Below are positions 26,144 to 36,192 of a DNA stretch of 64,000 bases, in pieces. The stretch lies in the IMG/VR virus record IMGVR_UViG_3300023198_000833, positions 1 to 64,000 of that record. The stretch is one strand, 5' to 3'. The stretch comes from a virus. Each line of letters begins with the position of its first letter. Positions within the stretch are counted from its first letter, which is position 1. The position numbers and the translations under genes are program-made. The notes under the pieces were generated by a model. That model saw nothing but the letters and a program-made list of their open reading frames with translations. It ran no database searches and had not been told where the DNA came from.

Positions 26144-26806
26144 TCATTCCTTATTTTTCGTTGGTCGTTGACTGATTAGTTGAGCAGAGGCTTCTTCCTC
26201 CTTTCCGTCAGCCTCCTTTAGTAGTGATAATCTAAGCTGTTCAAATTTCTCAAGAATAAGATCTAACTCTTGATACGCGATAAGACGTACTTTATAAGTT
26301 GGGTAGGTATCGTCAACTGAAATGCCCGGTGGTAATGGTTTTCCTTCTTCAGACATTTGAGATATTTTTTCGCAAATGCCCGGCCAATACGGTTTAACAA
26401 TTTTGCTATCAACTGCTTCTGCTGAAACATTGAAAAACTTTATAAACTTATCAAACGCCTCAGGATCTTTTTTCTTATTTGGCATCTTAACGCCGAGATT
26501 AACAGTAGGCGTGCCAGTAGCTAATGCTGTACGAATAGGCTCGGTTTTATTTTGAGTAATGTATAACGCACATAATACATTTTCAAACATATGTCCTATG
26601 CCGTCGCATTCTTTTCGAAGGTCATCTGCAAACTTTGAGATATTTCTCAAAATAAAAATGATGTTAACCATTTCATCGAGTTCAAACTTGTGTGCTCGAA
26701 GGTCATCGCGTAAATGTGAGATCATCGTGTATTGATCTAAGTACAATTGTTTAATCTTAGAATATGCTTGAATACCGTCCAAGATCTGTTTAGTCGATGA
26801 TTTCAT
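26144..26806 (-). CDS. hypothetical protein (220 aa)
   Basis: ORF only. Confidence 0.35.
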   Translation of the reverse strand: MKSSTKQILDGIQAYSKIKQLYLDQYTMISHLRDDLRAHKFELDEMVNIIFILRNISKFADDLRKECDGIGHMFENVLCALYITQNKTEPIRTALATGTPTVNLGVKMPNKKKDPEAFDKFIKFFNVSAEAVDSKIVKPYWPGICEKISQMSEEGKPLPPGISVDDTYPTYKVRLIAYQELDLILEKFEQLRLSLLKEADGKEEEASAQLISQRPTKNKE

Positions 26807-27143
26807 GTCGTTCTCCTTTTGTAAATTGTTTTTCTACGTAACAACTGTCTATACTGTTAAACAGTAATGCTTTAAAACTTGGGTATGCTTGAGCGATAGT
26901 AATCATTGCTATTGAAACAACTAAAATCGAACCTACGATACAAATATAGTCTTCATTTGGATTATAATTTAATGATTCAAGTTTGTCTAATATTGCTCGG
27001 CCAAAGCTGACATGATGAAAGGCACTACACCGCCGATCATTCGGTTCAAATATAAACGTCAGTTCGCCAAATTCTTCAGCGCTGTTAATATCTAAATTTG
27101 GCTTTGGATGTTCTACTACAAATACTCTACACATTGTCGTCAC
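26790..27143 (-). CDS. hypothetical protein (117 aa)
   Basis: ORF only. Confidence 0.3.
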   Translation of the reverse strand: MTTMCRVFVVEHPKPNLDINSAEEFGELTFIFEPNDRRCSAFHHVSFGRAILDKLESLNYNPNEDYICIVGSILVVSIAMITIAQAYPSFKALLFNSIDSCYVEKQFTKGERHEIID

Positions 27144-29157
27144 CTATACTTGGGATTGAAGTTAAAATTCTTTCCATAATAACTCTGACGTCTTGAAGCT
27201 GTAACGCAGATATCTGCTTGTTCAATACACGGGTTGCTATTTCTTCATCGATAGTGCCCGGAACAATTAAGTCAGTGACTTGAACTGATACTCGAGTACC
27301 GCGTCTAACTGGTCGATCTTCGCTCTGTGATCGATGAATCATTGACCAGCCTTGAGAATAATATATCGACTGTGTCGTATTGCAGCCGTGGTCTTTTTCA
27401 GTGTCAGCCCATTCAGGTATATGACCCCATAGATCTAAACCGACTCCGCCGGCCGCTGGGTTACCTATAAACACTCTGACTGCTGAATCCATATTATACG
27501 TGTCCTGAGCGGCTTGTCTATCATCATCTGAAGTGCCGCCGTAATATAACACGTGTTTAATACCTTCCTCTTCAAATCGCTTATGGAGCATCTTAATAAC
27601 GGCGACCCAGTTTGTCCAGATAATTGTTTTTTCTTCTATCGGTTTATTCTTAATCAATTCAACAAGAGCTTCAATTTTTGGATTCGGAGTTATTTCTTCA
27701 AATTGAGACTCAGCATTGAGCAAATTACCGTCATCATCAAATTGAGCGTCCCATTTTAAATATCCTGCAGTTATTTGAGAAAGCCGTAAAAGCTTAGTTA
27801 AAATATGACTGGCTGTCAGTTGTTTATTTTCTGTCTTTGAAAGTTCGTTTTCGATTTCTAACGCTAACTGACTTTGAAGTTTCATATAGCATTCGCGTTG
27901 AAACGGCGTCATCTCAATTTCAAAAATATCATATGTCTTTTCAGGTAACTCCGGCATGGCTTCTTTTCGCGTAATCATAAAACAAAGACGGGCGAATCGT
28001 TCTTGCAATAACGGTAAATTTTGATAACCTGTTAAAACGTCGTGTGGGCTATTGTCATGTCGAACAAATCGTCCATAGTATTTTTTAAAAGCTTTGTAGG
28101 TAGTAAATCCACTTAAGCCTTCACCGAGCCATTCAAGCTGAGTCCAAGCATCGAATAAATTATTAGCGAGCGGAGTTCCAGTTAAACCAGTACGAGCTTT
28201 AACTAATTCTCGAAGCTCTTTCATTTTATTCCAGCGCTTCGTATAATGACCTTTTATCATATGTGATTCATCAAGTGCACAAAGGTCCCACTCTATCATA
28301 CGAAGAGCATCCCAAGAACGTAAGATTGTTTCATAGCTGCAAATCACTACAGTGTATTTTGAATCTTCATCAGACTTAAAAGCTTCAACCATTAACTTGA
28401 CGCGTTCTAATTGACCACCGCGTAAGATAGTTAATTTGCCAGGCTGTACTGCAAACTCTACAAATTTATTTCGCCAATTAACTCGCATATTTTTAGGTAC
28501 ACCAATCAATGCTCGATACATTCGATTCTGATCATTATATACGCGATTAGCTTCATAACATGTTCGTGCAATGATAATCGGTGTTTTTCCAGTTCCTTGC
28601 TCCATCCATAGATTAGAACCTTCCTCAAATATTTGAGTAAACAATGCGACTTTCTGAAAAGACATGAGCGGCTTATTTGGATGATCGATAAAATCGTCCG
28701 GCATCTCAGGGATTTCACCGTTTAACTTATAAGCAGCTTTAATTTGAGAATTGATCGTTTGCTTTAAAAATCGAGTTAGTAAAAATTCATACAGCAACTT
28801 TGCTTCAGGGCTAAAAGAAAGCTGTTCATTCGTCCAAACAGCGTTTATTAAAAGTGCTGTAAAATCTGTTCCGGCTACTTGCCATAGAGTTGGGAAGCCA
28901 TAATCGTTTTGTTTATGTAATGGTTTTCTTTCAGGTATGCGCTCAACAAACTTTCGCACAGACCATGATGCGCTCAATCTTCGACCTTCAAAAGATACTG
29001 CAAAGAAGTCTAAAATGAAATGCTTTCCAGTGTCATTAAGCTCGATGTGGCATCGGTCATTTGTTCTAAAGTTGATGGGCTTAAAAAGCTGTCGCGTCTT
29101 ATCATTAAGAGGTTCAATAAAGCGCTGTGTAATTAAATCAACGTTCTCTGTTTTCAT
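27127..29157 (-). CDS. SNF2/RAD54-family helicase
   Basis: DESH box (LDESHMIKG), LTGTPLANN, C-terminal GGVGLDL. Confidence 0.7.
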   Translation of the reverse strand: MKTENVDLITQRFIEPLNDKTRQLFKPINFRTNDRCHIELNDTGKHFILDFFAVSFEGRRLSASWSVRKFVERIPERKPLHKQNDYGFPTLWQVAGTDFTALLINAVWTNEQLSFSPEAKLLYEFLLTRFLKQTINSQIKAAYKLNGEIPEMPDDFIDHPNKPLMSFQKVALFTQIFEEGSNLWMEQGTGKTPIIIARTCYEANRVYNDQNRMYRALIGVPKNMRVNWRNKFVEFAVQPGKLTILRGGQLERVKLMVEAFKSDEDSKYTVVICSYETILRSWDALRMIEWDLCALDESHMIKGHYTKRWNKMKELRELVKARTGLTGTPLANNLFDAWTQLEWLGEGLSGFTTYKAFKKYYGRFVRHDNSPHDVLTGYQNLPLLQERFARLCFMITRKEAMPELPEKTYDIFEIEMTPFQRECYMKLQSQLALEIENELSKTENKQLTASHILTKLLRLSQITAGYLKWDAQFDDDGNLLNAESQFEEITPNPKIEALVELIKNKPIEEKTIIWTNWVAVIKMLHKRFEEEGIKHVLYYGGTSDDDRQAAQDTYNMDSAVRVFIGNPAAGGVGLDLWGHIPEWADTEKDHGCNTTQSIYYSQGWSMIHRSQSEDRPVRRGTRVSVQVTDLIVPGTIDEEIATRVLNKQISALQLQDVRVIMERILTSIPSIGDDNV

Positions 29158-29280
29158 CGTTCTATATCCTTTGTCCTATATTTTGTTCGATTCAGTATAT
29201 TATATCAAAAGTTATTATTAATGTAAATAAAAAAATCTTAAATTTGAAAAAATTTTTTTCTGTAAGGCCGCATAAAAATA

Positions 29281-29336
29281 GAGGGCATGCACTCAGGTAA
29301 GGCCGGTTGTCGGAAAGGATTCTGATGCATGCCCTC
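29281..29336 (-). terminator. hairpin (10-bp GAGGGCAUGC stem, large loop) with downstream U-tract
   Basis: Followed on the minus strand by UAUUUUUAUG. Confidence 0.35.
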
Positions 29337-29343
29337 GTCATAC

Positions 29344-29937
29344 TTAAGGTACATTATGATTTTTATTTTGAACTTTACGTGAGTGTTGATAGTGCACAAT
29401 CACCGGGTCTTTTATACGTTGCATCCTATCGAAAATTTTACAGTACTCGCCCGGCATTGTAGTAAAATCATTACCCAAAACTTTCTCAAGATTTCTCTGA
29501 TCCCATACCTTTGGATTCAGCGCTTGCTGTTTTTCCCAACGACGTACGGTATCTTTGACTTCTTCACAATTGCTTAAAAATATTGTACCGCTCAATACCT
29601 CAGTTCCTTGAACGCTGTGCTTATAGCATGACCTATCGAAAACATAGACTCCAATTTTAACATAAGTAAGTGTACTCCAATTATCGAAGAGCTCTGGGAA
29701 TTTTAAAAACTCAGCATCAGCATCAACGTATACGATATTTAAATCTGGAAACTTATCAAGCATCCTTAAAAGGAACGTTGGCTTATAGGCTGTATTCTTA
29801 TACCATGTACCTAAATTTTCGATTCCTTCGATATAATGCGGAACATGATGTCGTTCAAGTGAGCGAATTAAAACTTGTGCACTTGCCTCGTATAAAGTAC
29901 CTCTCGTATAATATCCGACAACTATAAACTGGCTCAT
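29344..29937 (-). CDS. putative nucleotide-sugar glycosyltransferase (GT-A, DxD)
   Basis: NIVYVDADAEF DxD segment. Confidence 0.35.
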   Translation of the reverse strand: MSQFIVVGYYTRGTLYEASAQVLIRSLERHHVPHYIEGIENLGTWYKNTAYKPTFLLRMLDKFPDLNIVYVDADAEFLKFPELFDNWSTLTYVKIGVYVFDRSCYKHSVQGTEVLSGTIFLSNCEEVKDTVRRWEKQQALNPKVWDQRNLEKVLGNDFTTMPGEYCKIFDRMQRIKDPVIVHYQHSRKVQNKNHNVP

Positions 29938-31070
29938 ATTAAATTCCTATCAACATTATCATTTACATAATAATTTTTGAAGTACTTATCGTACCCATAG
30001 TTAGAACAACGAATATTACAATCCGGACCTTTTCCACCGCGATTAATAACTTCATGAACAATCTCGATATGCTTCGGACTGCCCCAAATATCGCTTAAGG
30101 CTGACCAACCGTTTTTACCACAATCGGCGAGTAATATACTTTCATCGCATCGTCTATCGACACAGGCATACACTTTGCCATCACTGGTGACAGTAACAGT
30201 TAATGGTGTCAAGTAGCAATAAGCCGGCAGTACCTTTTTATAACTTGTAGTAAACTTATGCCGAATGCCTACAATTTCAAATTTACCGGGCACTTCGAGT
30301 TCTTTAATTGCTCGAGTAATTTGACGCTCAACTTCTTTCGTGTCAATTTTATTAAGTTCACTCATAGGTAAGTCAGCTGGACGGATTTGAACGTATCGAC
30401 AACCTGCGACTTTAGCTGTCTTACAGCTTTCAAATATCTCATGATACGATTGTGGCAAGATTAATATTTTCCAACCTACATCATTCCTAAAGTTTAAACT
30501 ATTAATTAAAGTAGTCAATTCTCTAACATTACCTATCACGCGTTCCCATGCATTAGGCGGAGATTGTTTAATTTTTTGATACGTTGCACTGCTGCCCGCG
30601 TCCATACTGAATCCAACAAACTTGGTGTAAAAAGCAGCATGCAGTTTCAAGTTCCAATCGAGTCCATAACCGTTAGTCACTAAGCCGATTTCAATTCCTG
30701 AAAAATGTAAGCTCTTTAATAATTCTGGTAAGTGATCATATAGTAAAGCATCGCCTTGACTTCCAACTATACAGCAAGCTTTTACTCCGAAGCCATTTAC
30801 TTTCCAAGTCTGTAAAAAGTACGGCAGCGTTTTCATTAATCGTTTTGATAAATCCGGCAGTTCTTTATTGCGTATTTGTTTTGTTCGATGATGACAATGT
30901 CCACAATGAAATTGACAGCGTCCACTGACATCCAAGTTAAAAACTACCGGCGGCAAATACTGCCCATTAACTATAGCTTCCATTCGGCTGCCATGGGTTA
31001 AAACTTTTAGACTATTGAACGGGTGAAAATCACTACCTTGAATATCTACGCCAATATTTTGCGACACCAC
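29934..31070 (-). CDS. radical SAM enzyme
   Basis: CQFHCGHC (CxxxCxxC) cluster motif near the N-terminus, with additional Cys pairs towards the C-terminus. Confidence 0.6.
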   Translation of the reverse strand: MVSQNIGVDIQGSDFHPFNSLKVLTHGSRMEAIVNGQYLPPVVFNLDVSGRCQFHCGHCHHRTKQIRNKELPDLSKRLMKTLPYFLQTWKVNGFGVKACCIVGSQGDALLYDHLPELLKSLHFSGIEIGLVTNGYGLDWNLKLHAAFYTKFVGFSMDAGSSATYQKIKQSPPNAWERVIGNVRELTTLINSLNFRNDVGWKILILPQSYHEIFESCKTAKVAGCRYVQIRPADLPMSELNKIDTKEVERQITRAIKELEVPGKFEIVGIRHKFTTSYKKVLPAYCYLTPLTVTVTSDGKVYACVDRRCDESILLADCGKNGWSALSDIWGSPKHIEIVHEVINRGGKGPDCNIRCSNYGYDKYFKNYYVNDNVDRNLI

Positions 31071-31606
31071 ATTGCTCCTTTCTCTTTTAAAATATTATTC
31101 TTATGCCAGTTTGGATAATGGTATACCTCGTAGCCCATTTTTTTCAAATCTTTAGGATACCAAGTACTACGATGAGTTTGATAATAATGATTGTTAAATC
31201 CTCTATCATCTCTAACTTGTGGATGATCTCCAACAGGAATAAAAAACATTATACACTTGGTTGCTTTAAGTTCACAGATCTTTATTAAATCCACTGCATC
31301 AGATATATTAAAGTGCTCGATAATATCGATCCCAATAATGCATTCAACCGTTGGAATCGAATTGTATAGTTCATCTTTTAAATCGGCTTTAATAAATTTT
31401 ACACCGTTATTACGTTGGCTTGCTTTAAGTAAAGCTAATTCACAAGCATCGACACCGTATCGACGTTTAGCTTTAATCCGTTTAATCGTATTACCTGAAC
31501 CGCAACCAATATCAACGACTGAATCATATTCTGAAGCAAGTTCAATTAACTTTTTAATCGACCAATCAATAGTAGATGCTATAGATTTCTCGGCCATAGC
31601 CGTCAT
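31046..31606 (-). CDS. class I SAM-dependent methyltransferase
   Basis: VVDIGCGSGN motif I. Confidence 0.5.
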   Translation of the reverse strand: MTAMAEKSIASTIDWSIKKLIELASEYDSVVDIGCGSGNTIKRIKAKRRYGVDACELALLKASQRNNGVKFIKADLKDELYNSIPTVECIIGIDIIEHFNISDAVDLIKICELKATKCIMFFIPVGDHPQVRDDRGFNNHYYQTHRSTWYPKDLKKMGYEVYHYPNWHKNNILKEKGAMWCRKILA

Positions 31607-32546
31607 CTGTATCCTTTCCTAAATAACGAATCTGTTTAGCGCGTTTTTGCAATATATTAAAAAGATGTTTTTGTGAGCATCCAGCTTTCTCTAACTTATC
31701 CCATCGTCCCGGCGCAAAAATCAATCGTTCATTTGTATTATTGATGATAGATTGTAAATGCCAGTAAGCTGTTTCAACGCCCTTCTCAAGAATCGTATGA
31801 TAAAAGACATCGAGATAAATCGATACATCAAAGGTGCTATCGAATCGACCGAGGCTATCATGTATAAGTCGAGACGATTGTTTAATAGCTTTCATTTTAG
31901 CCTCAGCTACTTTTAAATACGGCAAGCTTCGGTCAACGAACGTAATATCGAAATCATGTAAAGATAATCCGACTCCAAAGTATCCATCGTTGCATCCTAA
32001 ATCGATAAGACGGTTGCCGCTACAAGTAATGATGTCTCGATATATTTTGGTGAGGCGATCAACTGACTTACGAATCGAATAGAGGCCCGGAAAATAATTG
32101 TAGCTTTGACCGGTTTTGAGACTTTCAGTCTTACATACATTAGAATATAATTGTTTAATGTATTCAATATCAATACTTGACATATAGTGATACGCGCTGA
32201 ACGGTTTAATCTTAACGGGAATTTCTTTTATACCCAATATGTGCGCTATCACAGCTCGATGATGGCCGCCGTATATTTCATAGTAGCCATCGCCTATTTC
32301 CCAAGCATCAATCGGTTCTCTAATTCCGTAAAGTTTAATCGATTCTATTAATGCTTTTAAAGATTCAGGGGTATGTCCTTTAGGTTTTCGGATTAAATTA
32401 TACGTTGATTGTTTAAAACTCGACCGAGCACCCATATCAATAATTGGAATATGCGTATGCATCTGTGTTAATGGTGCACCAGCCGTTCGATAAGTACGCG
32501 TTAATGACGACCGATTAACTAATAGCTTGTCAACTGATACATTCAT
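31566..32546 (-). CDS. ParB/Srx-like N-terminal domain fused to a class I SAM methyltransferase
   Basis: IREPIDAWEIGDGYYEIYGGHHRAVIAHILG (GxHR ParB/sulfiredoxin-like), then LIDLGCNDGYFGV motif I. No DPPY/NPPY amino-MTase motif. Confidence 0.45.
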   Translation of the reverse strand: MNVSVDKLLVNRSSLTRTYRTAGAPLTQMHTHIPIIDMGARSSFKQSTYNLIRKPKGHTPESLKALIESIKLYGIREPIDAWEIGDGYYEIYGGHHRAVIAHILGIKEIPVKIKPFSAYHYMSSIDIEYIKQLYSNVCKTESLKTGQSYNYFPGLYSIRKSVDRLTKIYRDIITCSGNRLIDLGCNDGYFGVGLSLHDFDITFVDRSLPYLKVAEAKMKAIKQSSRLIHDSLGRFDSTFDVSIYLDVFYHTILEKGVETAYWHLQSIINNTNERLIFAPGRWDKLEKAGCSQKHLFNILQKRAKQIRYLGKDTDDGYGREIYSIYY

Positions 32547-33270
32547 TTAAATACCTCACTAACTTTTCAGGATAATCATTCATCACTTCTGGCAATTCTG
32601 CTATATCACGAATCGTATCTGCCTCAACTTCACGACGCCATGGCTTTAACATTTTTTCAAAGTGAGCAAACGGCTTAACATTTGGAATAAGAAATGAGCA
32701 ATTAGAATTTTTTCCAATTCGTTGTTTTGAGCCTTTAAGTATATGCATTTCGCCCGGCGAATATTTTGTCATTTCAATTGCTTTAGTTAAAAATATTCGT
32801 CCACTATGCGAAGTTCTAAAAATTTGAGTTAAAGTTAGGTGCCAAATCAATGATGTAAATCCGCAGACTTTATCCTTTGGCCAATTGTCAACACAATGGC
32901 GTATTGCTGATATTGTTTGATGAAAATGTATTTCATCACCATCTAAAATTAAAAAGTATTCAGTATCAGTTTCATCTATCATTCGCTGTCGAGCCCACCA
33001 CGTACCTTTTTGTCCGTAATGTTGTTTTGCCATTTCTCGACAAGTGCCTACTTTCCACGGAGTCTCATCATAATCGAGTAGTACATTTTTAAAAGTTATT
33101 TTTTGTTCAGTATCCTCATCTTGTAATTGTAGGATATCCTTAATCGTATACTTATCGTTTGAACCAGTATCATAGATTAAAATTTTATCCACGTAATCGT
33201 ATACTGACTTAACTGCATAATAAACGAACGGTTCATTACGAACCATACAGTGAACAGTTATTTTTGCCAT
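32530..33270 (-). CDS. GT-A fold glycosyltransferase
   Basis: ILIYDTGSNDKYT and LILDGDE (DxD). Confidence 0.4.
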   Translation of the reverse strand: MAKITVHCMVRNEPFVYYAVKSVYDYVDKILIYDTGSNDKYTIKDILQLQDEDTEQKITFKNVLLDYDETPWKVGTCREMAKQHYGQKGTWWARQRMIDETDTEYFLILDGDEIHFHQTISAIRHCVDNWPKDKVCGFTSLIWHLTLTQIFRTSHSGRIFLTKAIEMTKYSPGEMHILKGSKQRIGKNSNCSFLIPNVKPFAHFEKMLKPWRREVEADTIRDIAELPEVMNDYPEKLVRYLNECIS

Positions 33271-34040
33271 AATTGAACATCCTTAATTGTATTTGGTCGA
33301 GTCCAATCTTGAACGTCTTTATTCGGATAAGCGTTTTCTTTTTTCAGTCGCTTATGTAACGGTAGTGTATATGTCTTTCTTAAATGAGCGTACTCTGGAT
33401 TATCAGATGGTGATGGATGCCAAGTATGCATTACGGGATAGGCTGCCTGCTTCGCTTTTCTATTATGTAACCACCACCAGATAAAGTACGAATCTTCGCC
33501 AGCAAAACCTAAAGCATACCGTTCGTCGAACCCACCGTTAGTAATAAAGTCTGATTTATTAAAGCATAAACAATATCCGCCAAAATTAATCGGTCGCGTT
33601 TTTGAATATATAACTGCAGGCCTTACGCCTTGCGGCAAAATATAACATTTGTGATGTAATAGTAACTGAGGTTTTAAATTAACTTGAATATTAGTTACTT
33701 GATGTATATCGCAAAACAAAACTTCAGGATCAGTTACAATAATTTTTTCAGCATCTGGCATGTTTGCTATCATCGCATTTCGATCGGTTGCTGGACAATT
33801 ACTTGCAACTTTAAAAGGTAATTCAGATCGATCACAAAAAGCTGTTTTAATCGAATGAAAATATTTATACCATTTATGAACAATTGATAACCACGCATCA
33901 CTCGATCCGCCGTCTGCTAAGCAAATTTGAACTTTATTAAAATTACAGCGCTGATTCGTTAAATCTAGAAAGAAATTATCTAAATAAGTTGCTCGATTTT
34001 TGAAAGTTAAACAAATCGAGATATTAGGTCCGTCTGGCAT
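33258..34040 (-). CDS. GT2-like glycosyltransferase
   Basis: ICLADGGSSDAW in the N-terminal Rossmann-like domain. Confidence 0.35.
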   Translation of the reverse strand: MPDGPNISICLTFKNRATYLDNFFLDLTNQRCNFNKVQICLADGGSSDAWLSIVHKWYKYFHSIKTAFCDRSELPFKVASNCPATDRNAMIANMPDAEKIIVTDPEVLFCDIHQVTNIQVNLKPQLLLHHKCYILPQGVRPAVIYSKTRPINFGGYCLCFNKSDFITNGGFDERYALGFAGEDSYFIWWWLHNRKAKQAAYPVMHTWHPSPSDNPEYAHLRKTYTLPLHKRLKKENAYPNKDVQDWTRPNTIKDVQLWQK

Positions 34041-34779
34041 TCGATTCCGCCCGTCCTTTCGTGTCTTTAAATTTTAAACAACCTATCCTATCAGTGTTAG
34101 TTAATCGAACATAATACAGTCGTTCAATCGTATTAATATATGCTATACCCGTAGCCTTCATATCTCGGGCCCAGTCGACATCCTCGCCGCCCATATCAAC
34201 GCCGGGCGTGAATTGAACCGCTTGTTCAGATCGAAACATTGTAGAGGCGAATGAGCCGCTTCTATCGTTCGGATTAATCTTTGGGTAAGTATAGCATTCA
34301 TCTTTGTTGTTTCGATACAATCGAGTATGACAAGTCGTTACACAACCTTTCGGGATTCGCTTAAGTAAAGCAAGTTGTTTTTCTATTCGATAAATATTAC
34401 TTATATCGTCTGAATCTTGCCAACATGCAAACTCAAGATCTTTCGATATTTCTAACAACGAATTTCGAGCATACGATACGCCTCGATGATTGTCTTTAAA
34501 ATATCGAATGCGTGGATCGTTAATCTTTTTAACATATCGCTCTGTGTCATCGGTTGAACCGTCGTCATATACTACAATACTTAAATCTGCATGGGTCTGG
34601 CCGCGGATCGTATTCAGGCATTGTAGCAATAATCGCCTACGATTAAAAGTTGGAATTAAGACGCTTACTTTACACATCGATAATATATACCTTTCGATTT
34701 CCTCTGACTTTATGTTTATATCGTTTAAGAATCGTACCGCCAACAATTGAATCGATTTCTTTTTCAGTCGTTTCTCCAA
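34024..34779 (-). CDS. family 2 glycosyltransferase
   Basis: VSVLIPTFNRRRLLLQCLNTIRGQT...VVYDDGSTDDT, the canonical GT2 signature. Confidence 0.6.
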   Translation of the reverse strand: MEKRLKKKSIQLLAVRFLNDINIKSEEIERYILSMCKVSVLIPTFNRRRLLLQCLNTIRGQTHADLSIVVYDDGSTDDTERYVKKINDPRIRYFKDNHRGVSYARNSLLEISKDLEFACWQDSDDISNIYRIEKQLALLKRIPKGCVTTCHTRLYRNNKDECYTYPKINPNDRSGSFASTMFRSEQAVQFTPGVDMGGEDVDWARDMKATGIAYINTIERLYYVRLTNTDRIGCLKFKDTKGRAESNARRT

Positions 34780-35563
34780 ACATCGGCGGCATAATTAATT
34801 CGACAAAAACGTACTTGCGTGCGATATACTTTAAGTTCGCTATAGTATTCTCTAAATCAGTATACGTCGGATCTATTTGATGATGAACGCTTAAATACAT
34901 TACGATGTCAGTCGACTTGCCAGCGTATTTAAACGGTCGACAAAAATCGATATCTTGCTGTGTGATATTATCTCGAATCGTTTTTGCCATCCGAAGCGAA
35001 TCACAATTATTATCTACTCCAATAACACGAGCACCTTTCTTACTGGCCTCGAATGAAAAGTATCCGTAGTGACAACCAATATCTAAAACGGCTTGGTTGC
35101 TCCAGTCCACAGTTCCTTTTATAGTATTCCATACAAGTGCACTGTCTGCTTTTTGAACTGGGGCAAACGTAAATCCTTGAAACCAATACTTATCTTTTGC
35201 CCATTCTTTTATTCGAGTACTGTTCCAAGGCTCAAAGATGTTAATTTCGATTGGATTTATTTTAAAGTTAGTAGGCAGTATTTTTTTCGTTAAAATTTCA
35301 ATAGTGCTTTGACGTTGCTTACTGGTGTGATCTCTAATCGCCCAACCATATTGAGTATCGTTGTCTTTCGATATACTTAAAAACCAATAATCTTTTTTCA
35401 ATAATCGAATGCTTGGTTTCTTTTGAAGAATACGCAACCCAACTACTTGCACATTAAAGGTTCCAAACATTTGTGTATTAAACACAGACTCATGTACATG
35501 ACATAAGGTATGAGCTTTATTACGACCGTTAACATATTCACCTCTCATTTTAAATCTTTCCAA
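34670..35563 (-). CDS. class I SAM-dependent methyltransferase
   Basis: VLDIGCHYGYFSFEASKKGARVIGVDNN. Confidence 0.5.
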   Translation of the reverse strand: MERFKMRGEYVNGRNKAHTLCHVHESVFNTQMFGTFNVQVVGLRILQKKPSIRLLKKDYWFLSISKDNDTQYGWAIRDHTSKQRQSTIEILTKKILPTNFKINPIEINIFEPWNSTRIKEWAKDKYWFQGFTFAPVQKADSALVWNTIKGTVDWSNQAVLDIGCHYGYFSFEASKKGARVIGVDNNCDSLRMAKTIRDNITQQDIDFCRPFKYAGKSTDIVMYLSVHHQIDPTYTDLENTIANLKYIARKYVFVELIMPPMFGETTEKEIDSIVGGTILKRYKHKVRGNRKVYIIDV

Positions 35564-36192
35564 TTTAAATACGGTATCTCTTTATTTAACGAACTGATCG
35601 AACTGCAACTAATTAATTCGATGTTAGGTCTTGCTCTCTTTAATTGCTTTAGGCCACGTATAAAATAATTTTCATATATCTTTAATCGATTTAAAAACTG
35701 ACTATTGTTTCGATACTGTGCATGATAATGCATATGTTCATTTATACATAAATCAATTCCAAACAGATAAACTTTCGTGTAGCCTAAAAGCACTGCTAAT
35801 TGTAAGGCACAATAACCTGAATTAACGCCAGTCCTAAAATCGTTAAACGTGAGACCCATTCCAATTTGACCACGCGCTTTAATTATAATATCAAACATTT
35901 CTAATTTATAAATTAACCGTATCCGAGTATCAACTATATGACCATCACGTTCAACTAGATTTTTATGAGCCAGATCAGCTACGAATATTTTAGTGCAGTT
36001 AGTGTTCTTAAACAGGTTTATTTGATTGCTGATTTTACTTAAGAAAGTATAATCGACTGTTATAAAATAGGTGGGCTCAGGCACGTCGAGTATAGCAACA
36101 TTCGTAACGATTGTCTCGATGTTTCTTAATTGTTCAAAATCGAAATTTTTTAAACTGGGGCCGCCGCCGACTATTGCAATTGACTTAGACAC
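35545..36192 (-). CDS. CstII/GT42-like (MptE/DUF115 clan) putative nonulosonic-acid (sialic/pseudaminic-type) transferase
   Basis: IAIVGGGPSLKNFDF resembles CstII VIIAGNGPSLKEIDY. SGYCALQLAVLLGYTKVYLFGIDL...HYH resembles CstII SGVYMCAVAIALGYKEIYLSGIDFY with catalytic His. Confidence 0.5.
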   Translation of the reverse strand: MSKSIAIVGGGPSLKNFDFEQLRNIETIVTNVAILDVPEPTYFITVDYTFLSKISNQINLFKNTNCTKIFVADLAHKNLVERDGHIVDTRIRLIYKLEMFDIIIKARGQIGMGLTFNDFRTGVNSGYCALQLAVLLGYTKVYLFGIDLCINEHMHYHAQYRNNSQFLNRLKIYENYFIRGLKQLKRARPNIELISCSSISSLNKEIPYLNWKDLK

